Source: Gemmatimonadaceae bacterium (GTDB lineage Bacteria; Gemmatimonadota; Gemmatimonadetes; Gemmatimonadales; Gemmatimonadaceae). Taken from it: a DNA stretch of 64,000 nucleotides. The DNA lies in contig JBGAJQ010000004.1 in NCBI GenBank assembly GCA_044224875.1, forward strand, positions 32,001 through 96,000, given 5' to 3'. The translations under genes were made by a program, and so were the position numbers. This document shows positions 10,080-18,966 of the stretch, piece after piece. The notes under the pieces were generated by a model, which saw only the letters and a program-made list of their open reading frames with translations, was not told the origin of the DNA and did no database searches. Within the stretch, counting starts at the first letter, position 1; each line of letters begins with the position of its first letter.

Positions 10080-12275
10080 GTGACCTCCCCGCCAACCTCA
10101 CAAACTCCCAGGAAGCGCGTCCTAGGGAGCGGCTCGGCCGCCATCTTCGCGATCGGAATAGTTGTGGTGTTCGCACCGACGGTTGTAGCTGCCCAGCAAA
10201 CAAGGATTTCCGCCACGGAGTGGCAGCGCGTGCTGGCGGTAGAAGATTCTCGCACGAACGATCCGGATTCCCTGCGCGTGTTGATCGACGCGATTCGCGA
10301 TCCCCGGGCCCCGCTGCGGGCCGTGGCGGCGCGAGCGATCGGACGATTCGAACGACCGTCACTCCTGCCGGAGTTGTACGCGCGCGTGGCGGATCCGTCG
10401 CCAGCCGTGCGACGGGAAGTGGTCAATGCCATTGCGCAGATCGCGAGGCCCGCGTCGCGCGTGGCGGACTCCGTGTGGCGACCTGCCGTGGACACGCTGA
10501 TGTCTGCGCTCTCACGCGAGAAAGACGCGGACGTGGTAGCTAGCCTTGCCGAGTCGTTAGGCCGCCTGGCCCGCGGTGACAGTTCGGCTGCTCCGATTGC
10601 GGAACGGCTGATGGCGCTGCTTGGCGCGGAGGATGAGTCGGGGGCGTCCGTTTCGTTGACGGCGAGCCCCCGCGTCGTGCTCGGTGTGATGAAGGGGGTG
10701 TACTCGGCAGGCCGGACCCGACGTGACGCCGCTGACACCGCGCGCGCGCGACGCGATCCCGGCGCCGCGGAACTCCGGATGATCCGGTACGGGTTGCGTG
10801 GCACCGCCGCTCAATCTGCGCAGGCGGTGCAAGTTCGCCGACTGAGCGTGCTGTCCCTCATTTCGCCCGCGGTTCGCACGGACAGTGTGGCGCTCGTGGC
10901 GATGCGGGATCCCGATCCCCAGATGCGACGCCTGGCGGTGCTGGCGGCTGCGAGCGCTGAAGATTCGGCTGTTCGGCGACAGGTGCTCCAGTCTGCCCTC
11001 CATGACTTGGAATTCATCGTTCGATTCGACGCGGTGCGCAGCTGGCGGCGCCTCTTCTCCTCCGAATGCGCTCCGGTCGTTGCCGCCACACACGACCGGC
11101 ATCCGGCGGTGATGCTGGCGGCGATCGATGCGTTAAGTGGGTGTGGCGATCGGGGCTTGGCCACAGATGCGTTGTTCCCTCTGGCCACGAGCGACGCGCC
11201 AGCTGCCAGGCGCGCCGGTCGGGCAAGCTGGCATCCGAGGGCGCACGCCTTGGTGTCGCTGGCCCGGGTCGCCCCGGAGCGCGCGGAGCAGCAGGTCAAA
11301 GCGAATAAGACGCACCCGGTGTGGCAGGTTCGCATGTACACCGCGCGAGCGGCAACAATCCTTAAGGATGTGGCTACACTCAGCGACCTAGCGAGCGACT
11401 CGGTGGCGGACGTGCAGGAAGCCGCCATCACCGGACTGGCAGCGGTGTCGCCGCGAGCGGCCGACGCGTTCGCACTGCGGGCGCTGTCGCATCCGGCGTA
11501 TCAAGTCGTGCTGGCTGCGGCCTCGGCGCTCAAGGGCGCGCCTGTGACCTCCGAACTCTGGCACGCGCTTCTGACATCGCTCGGCCGCCTAACGGCGGAA
11601 CAGCGAGAGAATGCGCGCGATCCGCGTGTGGCCCTCCTCGAGCGCGTTGGTGAGCTGGGTGACGTGTCCCTGGCGCGCCAAATCGAACCGTACGTGCGTG
11701 ACTTCGATCCCGAAATCGCCGAGCGCGCAGCGCGCATTGTGACCCGCTGGACGGGGGGGGGGCGCGAGGTCGCTGCCGCGCCGGCGGTGCGTCGGGTGAT
11801 CTCAAACCGGCTCGGGGCGCTGTACACCGCATCCAGTCTCCGGCTGAAGATCACCATGGACGCCGCGAGTGGCGGCGGAACGTGGGTCATCAAGTTGAGG
11901 CCAGACGTTGCGCCGGCCACAGTCGCTCGACTGCTCGAACTGGTGGGCCGGGGTTACTACAACGGCCTCACCTTCCATCGGGTGGAGCCAACGTTCGTGA
12001 TTCAGGGAGGAAGTCCTTCGGCGACCGAGTACGTGGGCGATGGCCCCTTCATGCGTGACGAAGTCGCGCTGCTTTCGCACGTCTACGGGACGGTCGGCAT
12101 CTCCACGCGCGGGCGTGACACGGGCGATGCACAGATCTTCGTGAACCTCACGGACAACTTTCGGCTCGACCACGACTACACGGTCGTGGGAGACGTTGTC
12201 GAAGGCATGTCGGTCGTCGATGATATTCTCGAGGGAGACACAATGGCTCGCGTTGCGGTGGTTGGGGTGCGGTAG
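10080..12275 (+). CDS. HEAT-repeat protein with C-terminal cyclophilin-type peptidyl-prolyl isomerase
   Basis: HEAT-like D..P.VR repeats; FHRVEPTFVIQGG and DTGDAQIFVNL; ORF is open from 9930, GTG 10080 chosen because it precedes the signal peptide. Confidence 0.85.
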   Translation: MTSPPTSQTPRKRVLGSGSAAIFAIGIVVVFAPTVVAAQQTRISATEWQRVLAVEDSRTNDPDSLRVLIDAIRDPRAPLRAVAARAIGRFERPSLLPELYARVADPSPAVRREVVNAIAQIARPASRVADSVWRPAVDTLMSALSREKDADVVASLAESLGRLARGDSSAAPIAERLMALLGAEDESGASVSLTASPRVVLGVMKGVYSAGRTRRDAADTARARRDPGAAELRMIRYGLRGTAAQSAQAVQVRRLSVLSLISPAVRTDSVALVAMRDPDPQMRRLAVLAAASAEDSAVRRQVLQSALHDLEFIVRFDAVRSWRRLFSSECAPVVAATHDRHPAVMLAAIDALSGCGDRGLATDALFPLATSDAPAARRAGRASWHPRAHALVSLARVAPERAEQQVKANKTHPVWQVRMYTARAATILKDVATLSDLASDSVADVQEAAITGLAAVSPRAADAFALRALSHPAYQVVLAAASALKGAPVTSELWHALLTSLGRLTAEQRENARDPRVALLERVGELGDVSLARQIEPYVRDFDPEIAERAARIVTRWTGGGREVAAAPAVRRVISNRLGALYTASSLRLKITMDAASGGGTWVIKLRPDVAPATVARLLELVGRGYYNGLTFHRVEPTFVIQGGSPSATEYVGDGPFMRDEVALLSHVYGTVGISTRGRDTGDAQIFVNLTDNFRLDHDYTVVGDVVEGMSVVDDILEGDTMARVAVVGVR

Positions 12276-12371
12276 TGCCAATGGATGCGCCAATCTCGTT
12301 AGCTTTCAGCGGCCACTATGGTTGCCGGCAACTCGACGCGCCATGACGAGCACTCCCATACCACGCTTCGT

Positions 12372-13160
12372 ATGAGTTCCGATCTGGTCCTACGTGAGAC
12401 GTCGCACGGCGTGCTAGTGCTGACGCTGAACCGCCCGGACGTCCTCAACAGCTTCAACCTGCCGATGGCGCAGGCACTGCAGGGTGCGCTCGCCCATGCC
12501 GCGGCCGACGATGGCGTGCGCTGCGTGTTGCTTACCGGCGCGGGGCGCGGGTTCTGCGCCGGACAGGACCTGGCTTCGGTTCCCCTGGACGCAGCGACGG
12601 CGCTCGACCTTGGAGACACGGTGCGTGCGCAGTACAACCCGATCATCCGGGCAATTCGGGGACTCGAAAAGCCGGTGGTCTGCGCGGTGAACGGAGTGGC
12701 CGCGGGTGCGGGGGCCAACATTGCCCTCGCCTGCGACCTTGTGATTGCAGCTGCCGAGTCGTCGTTCATCCAGTCATTTTGTAAGATCGGGCTCATCCCG
12801 GACTCCGGTGGCACGTGGCTATTGCCGCACCTGGTGGGGATGGCGCGCGCTTCGGCCCTGATGCTGTTAGGCGACAAGTTGCCGGCGACCACTGCCGCCG
12901 AGTGGGGCATGATCTATCAGGTGGTACCGGGGGCGGAGTTGCGCGAACGCGCGATGACGTTGGCGACACAGCTCGCCACACAACCGACGCGTGGGTTGGG
13001 CCTGACCAAGAGGGCGATGAACGCCGCGATGGAGCAGGGATTGAGCGCGCAGTTGGACACCGAGGCCGAGCTGCAGGCGATCGCCGGACGCTCGCGTGAC
13101 TTCAAGGAAGGGGTGCAGGCATTCATCGAGAAGCGCAAGCCGGTGTTCACGGGCCAATGA
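12372..13160 (+). CDS. paaG: 2-(1,2-epoxy-1,2-dihydrophenyl)acetyl-CoA isomerase (crotonase family)
   Basis: LNRPDVLNSF, FCAGQDL, AAGAGANIALACD, IGLIPDSGG; paa gene context. Confidence 0.88.
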   Translation: MSSDLVLRETSHGVLVLTLNRPDVLNSFNLPMAQALQGALAHAAADDGVRCVLLTGAGRGFCAGQDLASVPLDAATALDLGDTVRAQYNPIIRAIRGLEKPVVCAVNGVAAGAGANIALACDLVIAAAESSFIQSFCKIGLIPDSGGTWLLPHLVGMARASALMLLGDKLPATTAAEWGMIYQVVPGAELRERAMTLATQLATQPTRGLGLTKRAMNAAMEQGLSAQLDTEAELQAIAGRSRDFKEGVQAFIEKRKPVFTGQ

Positions 13161-14341
13161 ACGAAACACCAGAGGGAGCGGTCATTGGCGTGGTCGGGGC
13201 CGGGGCGATGGGCAGTGGCATCGCCCAGGTGGCCCTGCTGCATGGGCATCGCGTGCTCCTCACGGACACGGCACCAGCTGCCCTCGAACGCGGTTGTGAT
13301 GCCATTCGGAAGGGCTTTTCGCGCGATGTGGAGAAGGGGCGGATGACGAGCGAGCGTCGTGATGAGGCGCTCGGACGCCTGGATGCCATTGCGGCTGGCG
13401 ACATGATCGACATGGCGCCGTGTCACTTCGTCATCGAGGCGGTGGTGGAGCGACTGGACGTGAAGCTGGAAGTGATGCGCGCACTGGAAGAGGCGGTTGT
13501 GGCTGACGCCGTGCTGGCCACCAACACGTCGTCGCTGTCGATCGCCTCGATCGGGGCGGCCTGCGCACGTCCGGAACGCGTCATCGGCGTCCACTTCTTC
13601 AACCCGCCAACGGTGATGCCCCTGGTGGAGATTGTCCCGGGCGTTCGCACGGGCAGCGCCGTGGCAGATTGGGTGATGCAGCTGGTGCACGGGTGGGGCA
13701 AGGTCCCCGTACGAGCCAAGGACACGCCGGGCTTTATCGTGAACCGGATTGCCCGGCCGTACTACGGAGAAAGCCTTCGTATCGTCGAGGAGGGGATCGC
13801 CTCGCCGGCGACCGTCGACTGGGCGATGAAGACCGTGGGCGGCTTTCGCATGGGTCCTTTTGAGCTCATGGACTTCATTGGCCATGACGTGAACTACGTC
13901 GTGACGGAGAGTGTGTGGACCGCGATGTACTATGACCCACGCTACCGCCCGTCGATTCTCCAGAAGCGACTCCTCGAGGCCGGGTGGCTCGGCAAGAAGG
14001 CCGGACGCGGATTCTTCGATTACGCCGCCAACGCCGCCCTCGACGTGGCGGATGAAGATCAGGCGTTAGGCTCGCGCATCTTCATGCGCGTGCTGGCCAT
14101 GCTCATCAATGAGGCCGTTGACGCGGTGCACCTGCAGGTGGCGACGCCGGCCGCCGTCGACCTGGCCATGACCAAGGGCGTCAACTATCCGCGCGGCCTG
14201 TTGGCGTGGGGTGACGACCTTGGCTGGCCGGAGGTACTGGCGCGCATGGACGAACTGCGCGACACCTACGCCGAAGATCGCTATCGCGCCAGCCCCTTGC
14301 TCCGACGCATGGCACAGCAGGGAGAGAAGTTCTTCCAATGA
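13157..14341 (+). CDS. paaH: 3-hydroxyacyl-CoA (3-hydroxyadipyl-CoA) dehydrogenase
   Basis: GAGAMGSG, NTSSLS, HFFNP, PGFIVNR; ATGA overlap with paaG. Confidence 0.88.
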   Translation: MNETPEGAVIGVVGAGAMGSGIAQVALLHGHRVLLTDTAPAALERGCDAIRKGFSRDVEKGRMTSERRDEALGRLDAIAAGDMIDMAPCHFVIEAVVERLDVKLEVMRALEEAVVADAVLATNTSSLSIASIGAACARPERVIGVHFFNPPTVMPLVEIVPGVRTGSAVADWVMQLVHGWGKVPVRAKDTPGFIVNRIARPYYGESLRIVEEGIASPATVDWAMKTVGGFRMGPFELMDFIGHDVNYVVTESVWTAMYYDPRYRPSILQKRLLEAGWLGKKAGRGFFDYAANAALDVADEDQALGSRIFMRVLAMLINEAVDAVHLQVATPAAVDLAMTKGVNYPRGLLAWGDDLGWPEVLARMDELRDTYAEDRYRASPLLRRMAQQGEKFFQ

Positions 14342-14790
14342 CGCACTGGGACGAAGCAACGGAGCGGTTGGCCAAGCGCGTGGTGGACGCGATGCTGGAG
14401 AAGGACGCGCTCAGCCGCTGGCTCGGGCTGGAGGTCACCGAGCTGCTTCCCGGGGGTTGCATCTGCCGGATGACGGTTCGCCCGGAGATGGTGAATGGCT
14501 TTGGCGTCGCTCACGGTGGGATCGTCTTCTCCTTCGCCGACTCCGCCTTCGCCTTTGCCTGCAATCAGCAAGGACAGGTCACGGTGGCGGTGGATAACAC
14601 CATCACGTACCCCGCGGCGATTCATCCCGGCGACGTCCTTACCGCGGTGGCTCGCGAGGAGGCCGTCTCGCGACGGCTCGGCTACTATCGTGTGGACGTC
14701 ACGAACCAACACGGCGCGACGGTCGCACTCTTTCGGGGCACCGCCTATCGCACCGCTCGCCCCCACTTTCCCGACATGGTCGCCTCATGA
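14338..14790 (+). CDS. paaI: Phenylacetyl-CoA thioesterase (hotdog fold)
   Basis: MVNGFGVAHGGIVFSFADSAFAFACN motif. Confidence 0.9.
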   Translation: MTHWDEATERLAKRVVDAMLEKDALSRWLGLEVTELLPGGCICRMTVRPEMVNGFGVAHGGIVFSFADSAFAFACNQQGQVTVAVDNTITYPAAIHPGDVLTAVAREEAVSRRLGYYRVDVTNQHGATVALFRGTAYRTARPHFPDMVAS

Positions 14791-16001
14791 CCGACGCGTT
14801 TCTTGTTGATGGTGTCCGGACGCCGGTTGGCGCATTCGGTGGCAGCCTGTCCGAAGTCCGCGCCGACGACCTCGCCGCGCATGTCATCCGCCGTCTCATG
14901 GACCGGGTCCCCTCGGTGGACCCCGCACGCCTGACCGACGTCATCCTTGGCTGCGCCAACCAGGCGGGCGAGGACAACCGCAACGTCGCTCGCATGGCGT
15001 TGCTCCTGGCGGGGCTGCCGGTGACGGTCCCCGGTGAAACGGTCAACCGACTCTGTGCCTCGGGGATGAGCGCCGTGGCCAACGCGGCGCGCGGGATTCG
15101 TCTGGGAGAGGGCGAGCTCTATGTCGCGGGTGGAGTGGAGAGCATGACGCGAGCCCCATATGCGCTCTCCAAGGGAACGACTGCGTTCGCACGTGACGCG
15201 CAGCTCTTTGACACGAGCATTGGTTGGCGCTTTGTGAACGCGAAGATGCGCGACCTCTACGGCGTGGACTCCATGGGGCAGACAGCGGAGAACGTTGCCG
15301 AGCAGTTCGGAATCGCTCGGGAGGATCAGGATCGCTTCGCGCTGGCTAGCCAGCAGAAGGCTGCCATGGCGCGAGACAGTCAGCGGCTCGCCGAGGAGAT
15401 CGTGCCCGTCACCGTACCGGGTGCAAAGAGGGGGACGACGCGTGAGTTCGCCGTCGACGAGTTCATCAAGCCGGAGACCACACTGGACGTGCTGGCCAAG
15501 CTGCGCCCCGCCTTTCGCACCGATGGCAAGGGGTCAGTGACCGCCGGTAACTCCTCGGGCATCAATGATGGGGCGTGCGCTGTTCTCGTCGCGTCTGGCG
15601 GCGCCGTGAAGGAGCTGGGTCTAAGTCCTAAGGCGCGTATCGTCGCCGCCGCGGCCGCGGGCGTTGAGCCGCGCATCATGGGCATGGGGCCCGTACCGGC
15701 GTCTCGCGAGGCGCTGCGGCGCGCCGGACTCGCCCTTTCAGACATCTCCGTTATCGAGCTGAACGAGGCCTTTGCCGCACAGGGGCTGGCGTGTCTCCGC
15801 GAGCTGGGAATTCCCGACGAGGACCCACGCGTCAACCCGAATGGCGGCGCCATTGCCATCGGTCACCCACTGGGAATGTCGGGCGCGCGCCTGGCGCTGA
15901 CGGCCGCGTATGAGTTGCAGCGCACCGGCGGTCGCTATGCCTTGTGCACGATGTGTATTGGTGTGGGGCAGGGGATGGCGCTCATTCTGGAACGAGCCTG
16001 A
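14787..16001 (+). CDS. paaJ: 3-oxoadipyl-CoA thiolase (PaaJ/PcaF)
   Basis: GCANQAGEDNRNVARM, NRLCASG, NEAFA, GHPLG, CIGVGQG. Confidence 0.92.
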   Translation: MTDAFLVDGVRTPVGAFGGSLSEVRADDLAAHVIRRLMDRVPSVDPARLTDVILGCANQAGEDNRNVARMALLLAGLPVTVPGETVNRLCASGMSAVANAARGIRLGEGELYVAGGVESMTRAPYALSKGTTAFARDAQLFDTSIGWRFVNAKMRDLYGVDSMGQTAENVAEQFGIAREDQDRFALASQQKAAMARDSQRLAEEIVPVTVPGAKRGTTREFAVDEFIKPETTLDVLAKLRPAFRTDGKGSVTAGNSSGINDGACAVLVASGGAVKELGLSPKARIVAAAAAGVEPRIMGMGPVPASREALRRAGLALSDISVIELNEAFAAQGLACLRELGIPDEDPRVNPNGGAIAIGHPLGMSGARLALTAAYELQRTGGRYALCTMCIGVGQGMALILERA

Positions 16002-16118
16002 CGGAAGGCGCTCATGCCGCAGCGATTCTCCGCTCGCCTCATTCGCCCACGGACGTTCGGGAACCTGATTGTTGGCCGAGCGTATGGTATGCCGACTCGC
16101 ACCCCCCGTAGGTGCCTT

Positions 16119-16463
16119 ATGCTGCTCATGAAGAAAGCCGTCACGGTGGCGATCCTTTTGTCATCCACTGCCTGTTTCCCGTTCTTCGGCGGCCGCCCGG
16201 GACAGTCGGGCCTTGCGCGTAAGGTGGTTCAGCGAAAGGAGCCACCGCGATCGCTCGTCGCCAGCGACAACACCCGCTGCCTGGTAGACGACCAGAAGTA
16301 TCGGGACACGGTCATCGGAACCTCCGTGACCTGCTACTGGACGGCCGATCATGAGTCCCGCGTAGTCACAGGCGGGGGCGGGTCGAACAACCTTCCGGAC
16401 GAAGTGGCGACGAAGAAGCGGGATGCCAAGGGGACGGCACCGGCTGTCCGTCGACCCAAATAG
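16119..16463 (+). CDS. Hypothetical lipoprotein
   Basis: MKKAVTVAILLSSTAC lipoprotein-like signal and two further Cys. Confidence 0.65.
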   Translation: MLLMKKAVTVAILLSSTACFPFFGGRPGQSGLARKVVQRKEPPRSLVASDNTRCLVDDQKYRDTVIGTSVTCYWTADHESRVVTGGGGSNNLPDEVATKKRDAKGTAPAVRRPK

Positions 16464-16502
16464 CGGGTCCTTGGCCCGTCCGTCGACATAGCTAGGCGCC
16501 TC

Positions 16503-17132
16503 GTGCCGGACATGACAGATTCCGGCATGCCTAATGTCTTCGCCTTTGGGGACTTCGTCCCCGTGATTCATCCCTCGGCGTTCATTCATCCCTCGGCAGC
16601 GGTCACCGGCAACGTGATCATTGGCCGCGAGGCGTACATCGGTCCCGGTGCGGCGTTGCGCGGCGACTGGGGTGGAATCGAGATCGCCGACGGCTGCAAC
16701 GTCCAGGAAAACTGCACGATCCACATGTTTCCCGGCGTGACGGTGGTGCTGGAGGAAGCGGCGCACATCGGGCACGGTGCCGTAATCCATGGGGCACGTA
16801 TTGGCCGGAACGCACTGGTCGGCATGAACGCGGTCGTCATGGATCGGGCGATCGTTGGCGCGGAGTGCGTGATCGGTGCCCTCACCTTCGTTCCAGCCGA
16901 CATGGAAATCCCGCCGCGAAAGGTCGTCGTCGGGAATCCCGCGCGGATCGTGAAGGACGTGACCGACGAGATGGTGGCGTGGAAGAGCGAAGGGACGAGA
17001 CTCTACCAGTCGCTTCCCGGCGCGATGCGCGCCCAGTGGCGCGCCTGCGAGCCCCTGCGCGAGGTGCCGGCGAATCGTCAGGCACAGGCGGCGGTGTATC
17101 GCACCTGGAACGAGACGAAACCCGGCGCCTAA
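16503..17132 (+). CDS. paaY: PaaY-like gamma-carbonic-anhydrase/hexapeptide-repeat protein
   Basis: LRGDWG, NVQENCTIH, IGHGAVIHG hexapeptide repeats; paa context. Confidence 0.85.
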   Translation: MPDMTDSGMPNVFAFGDFVPVIHPSAFIHPSAAVTGNVIIGREAYIGPGAALRGDWGGIEIADGCNVQENCTIHMFPGVTVVLEEAAHIGHGAVIHGARIGRNALVGMNAVVMDRAIVGAECVIGALTFVPADMEIPPRKVVVGNPARIVKDVTDEMVAWKSEGTRLYQSLPGAMRAQWRACEPLREVPANRQAQAAVYRTWNETKPGA

Positions 17133-17153
17133 CGACTCGCCGCCTCTGGCGTG

Positions 17154-18928
17154 CTACTTGCGCCGCCGGGCCGCGGCGGCAGCCGCACTCGCCTTCGAGT
17201 CCGGACTCCGCGTATCGTTCGCCCCCGTTGCCACGCCGGTTGCGGGATCGTACACGATGGAATGGGCATCGCCCTGGCTCTTGTCACGCTCCAGGCCCAC
17301 GTGATGCCCCATCTCCCGCAGTTTAGCGATCGTTTCGGCCGACGCACCACCTGCCTCGATGAAGGTCGTGTCCGGCAGCCACTGGTTGTGCAACCGGGAG
17401 GCGTCGACCGCCTGACGAGCGGTCTTCCCGAATGCGGTAACCCCAGATCACGTTCAGCACCGTTGGGAATCGTTCGTCCTCCGGGTGAACCCGTGACGAG
17501 CCGCAGTTGCCCATTGCGCGTGATGATGGCGGGCGACATGGAACTCAGCATCCGCTTGCCGGGCGCAATGATGTTCGGCGGCGTGCCAATATCACCGCGA
17601 CGCGTGGTGTTGCCGGGCTTCTTGTTGAAGTCGCCCATCTCGTTGTTCAGGATGAATCCGGCGACCACCACGCCAGAACCATAGCTGCCCTCCAGTGTGT
17701 AGGTGCTGGACACGGCGCTTCCGTCCGCGTCCACCACACTGAAGTGCGTGGTCGCATCCGGCTCCATGGCCGTTGCCTGGCCTAACAAGTCGGCTCCGAG
17801 GGAGTCGCTGCGCGACGCGTGCTTGAGGTCGATCGAGCGGGTCAGCTCGGTCGCATAGGTCTTGGAGAGCAGTCGTTCCATCGGCACTTTCACAAAGTCC
17901 GAGTCGCCCATCCAGCGAGCGCGCTCCAGGTACACCCGCCGTGCGGCTTCTATGCGCCGGTGGAGAAACTCCGGAGAGTCTGGCGCAAAGCGCTGTGCCG
18001 CCATCGCCTCGAGCATGTTCAACGTCATGATCATCACCATGCCGCCGGAACTCGGCGGCCCCATGGAAATGATCTCGTTTCCGAGAAAGGACCCGCGGGC
18101 CGGCGGCCGCTCGACGGCTCGGTAGGCGGCAAGATCCGCCTTGGTGATGAGGCCTCCGTGCGCCCGCATCTGTGCGTCCAGGGAGTCGGCGATCCACCCC
18201 TTGTAGAAGGCGTCGGGGCCGTCGCTGGCAATGGCGCCTAACGCGCGTGCCAGCTGAGGCAACTTCAACCGGTCTCCGGCCACCCACTTGGCGCCCTGCG
18301 CCTTGCCATAAGCGGCCACCGACGCGGGAAAGGGCGACATGAACTCACCGACGGCGGCATTCAATTCCGCGGCCAGCCCCTTGGACAACACGAAGCCGCT
18401 CGCCGCCAAGTCGGCCGCCGGCTGCACCACGTCCTTCCACGGCAACTTGCCGTACTTCTCGTGCGCGAGCGCGAGTCCGCGCACCGTGCCCGGAACCCCC
18501 GGCGACTTCCACCCCGAATCCGTCCCGGCGTAGTTGAGCGATCCATCGGCGGCCACGTACATCGTGACGGTGGAGGCGAGCGGCGCTTTCTCCCGGTAGT
18601 CGATGGTGGTCGCTCGGCCATCGGCCAGCCGGATGATCATGAACCCACCGCCGCCGATGTTGCCGGCACTGGGATGCGTAACCGCCAGCCCAAACGCCGT
18701 GGCCACGGCGGCATCCACGGCGTTTCCGCCCTTGGCCAGGACGCGCGCGCCGATGTCCGACGCGAGGTAATGTGACGAGACGACCATGCCGCGCGACGAG
18801 CGCGCATCACGAACGGTCTGGCCTGGTAGCTGGAGCGCGGGAAGGAGCGACAGGGCGGCCAGCGTCCGTGCGCGCCAACGACGAGCGCGGGAGACGGCGC
18901 GATGCGACACGGGCAAGGGCATCATCAT
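17154..18928 (-). pseudogene. ggt: Gamma-glutamyltranspeptidase, frameshifted near 17430-17462 (may be sequencing error)
   Basis: GGNAVDAA, TTHFSVVD (catalytic Thr), LNNEMGDF, LSSMSP, GSPGG; the C-terminus RLHNQWLPD lies in another frame. Confidence 0.85.
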
Positions 18929-18966
18929 GAGAGTCCTCGAACGAATGCGGACGAGTCGCCGGCGGA

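Noticed and set aside
17129..17460. C-terminal extension of the 620-aa ggt ORF as real protein
   Set aside because: It is out-of-frame sequence after the indels; the homologous C-terminus is in the 17154-17393 frame.
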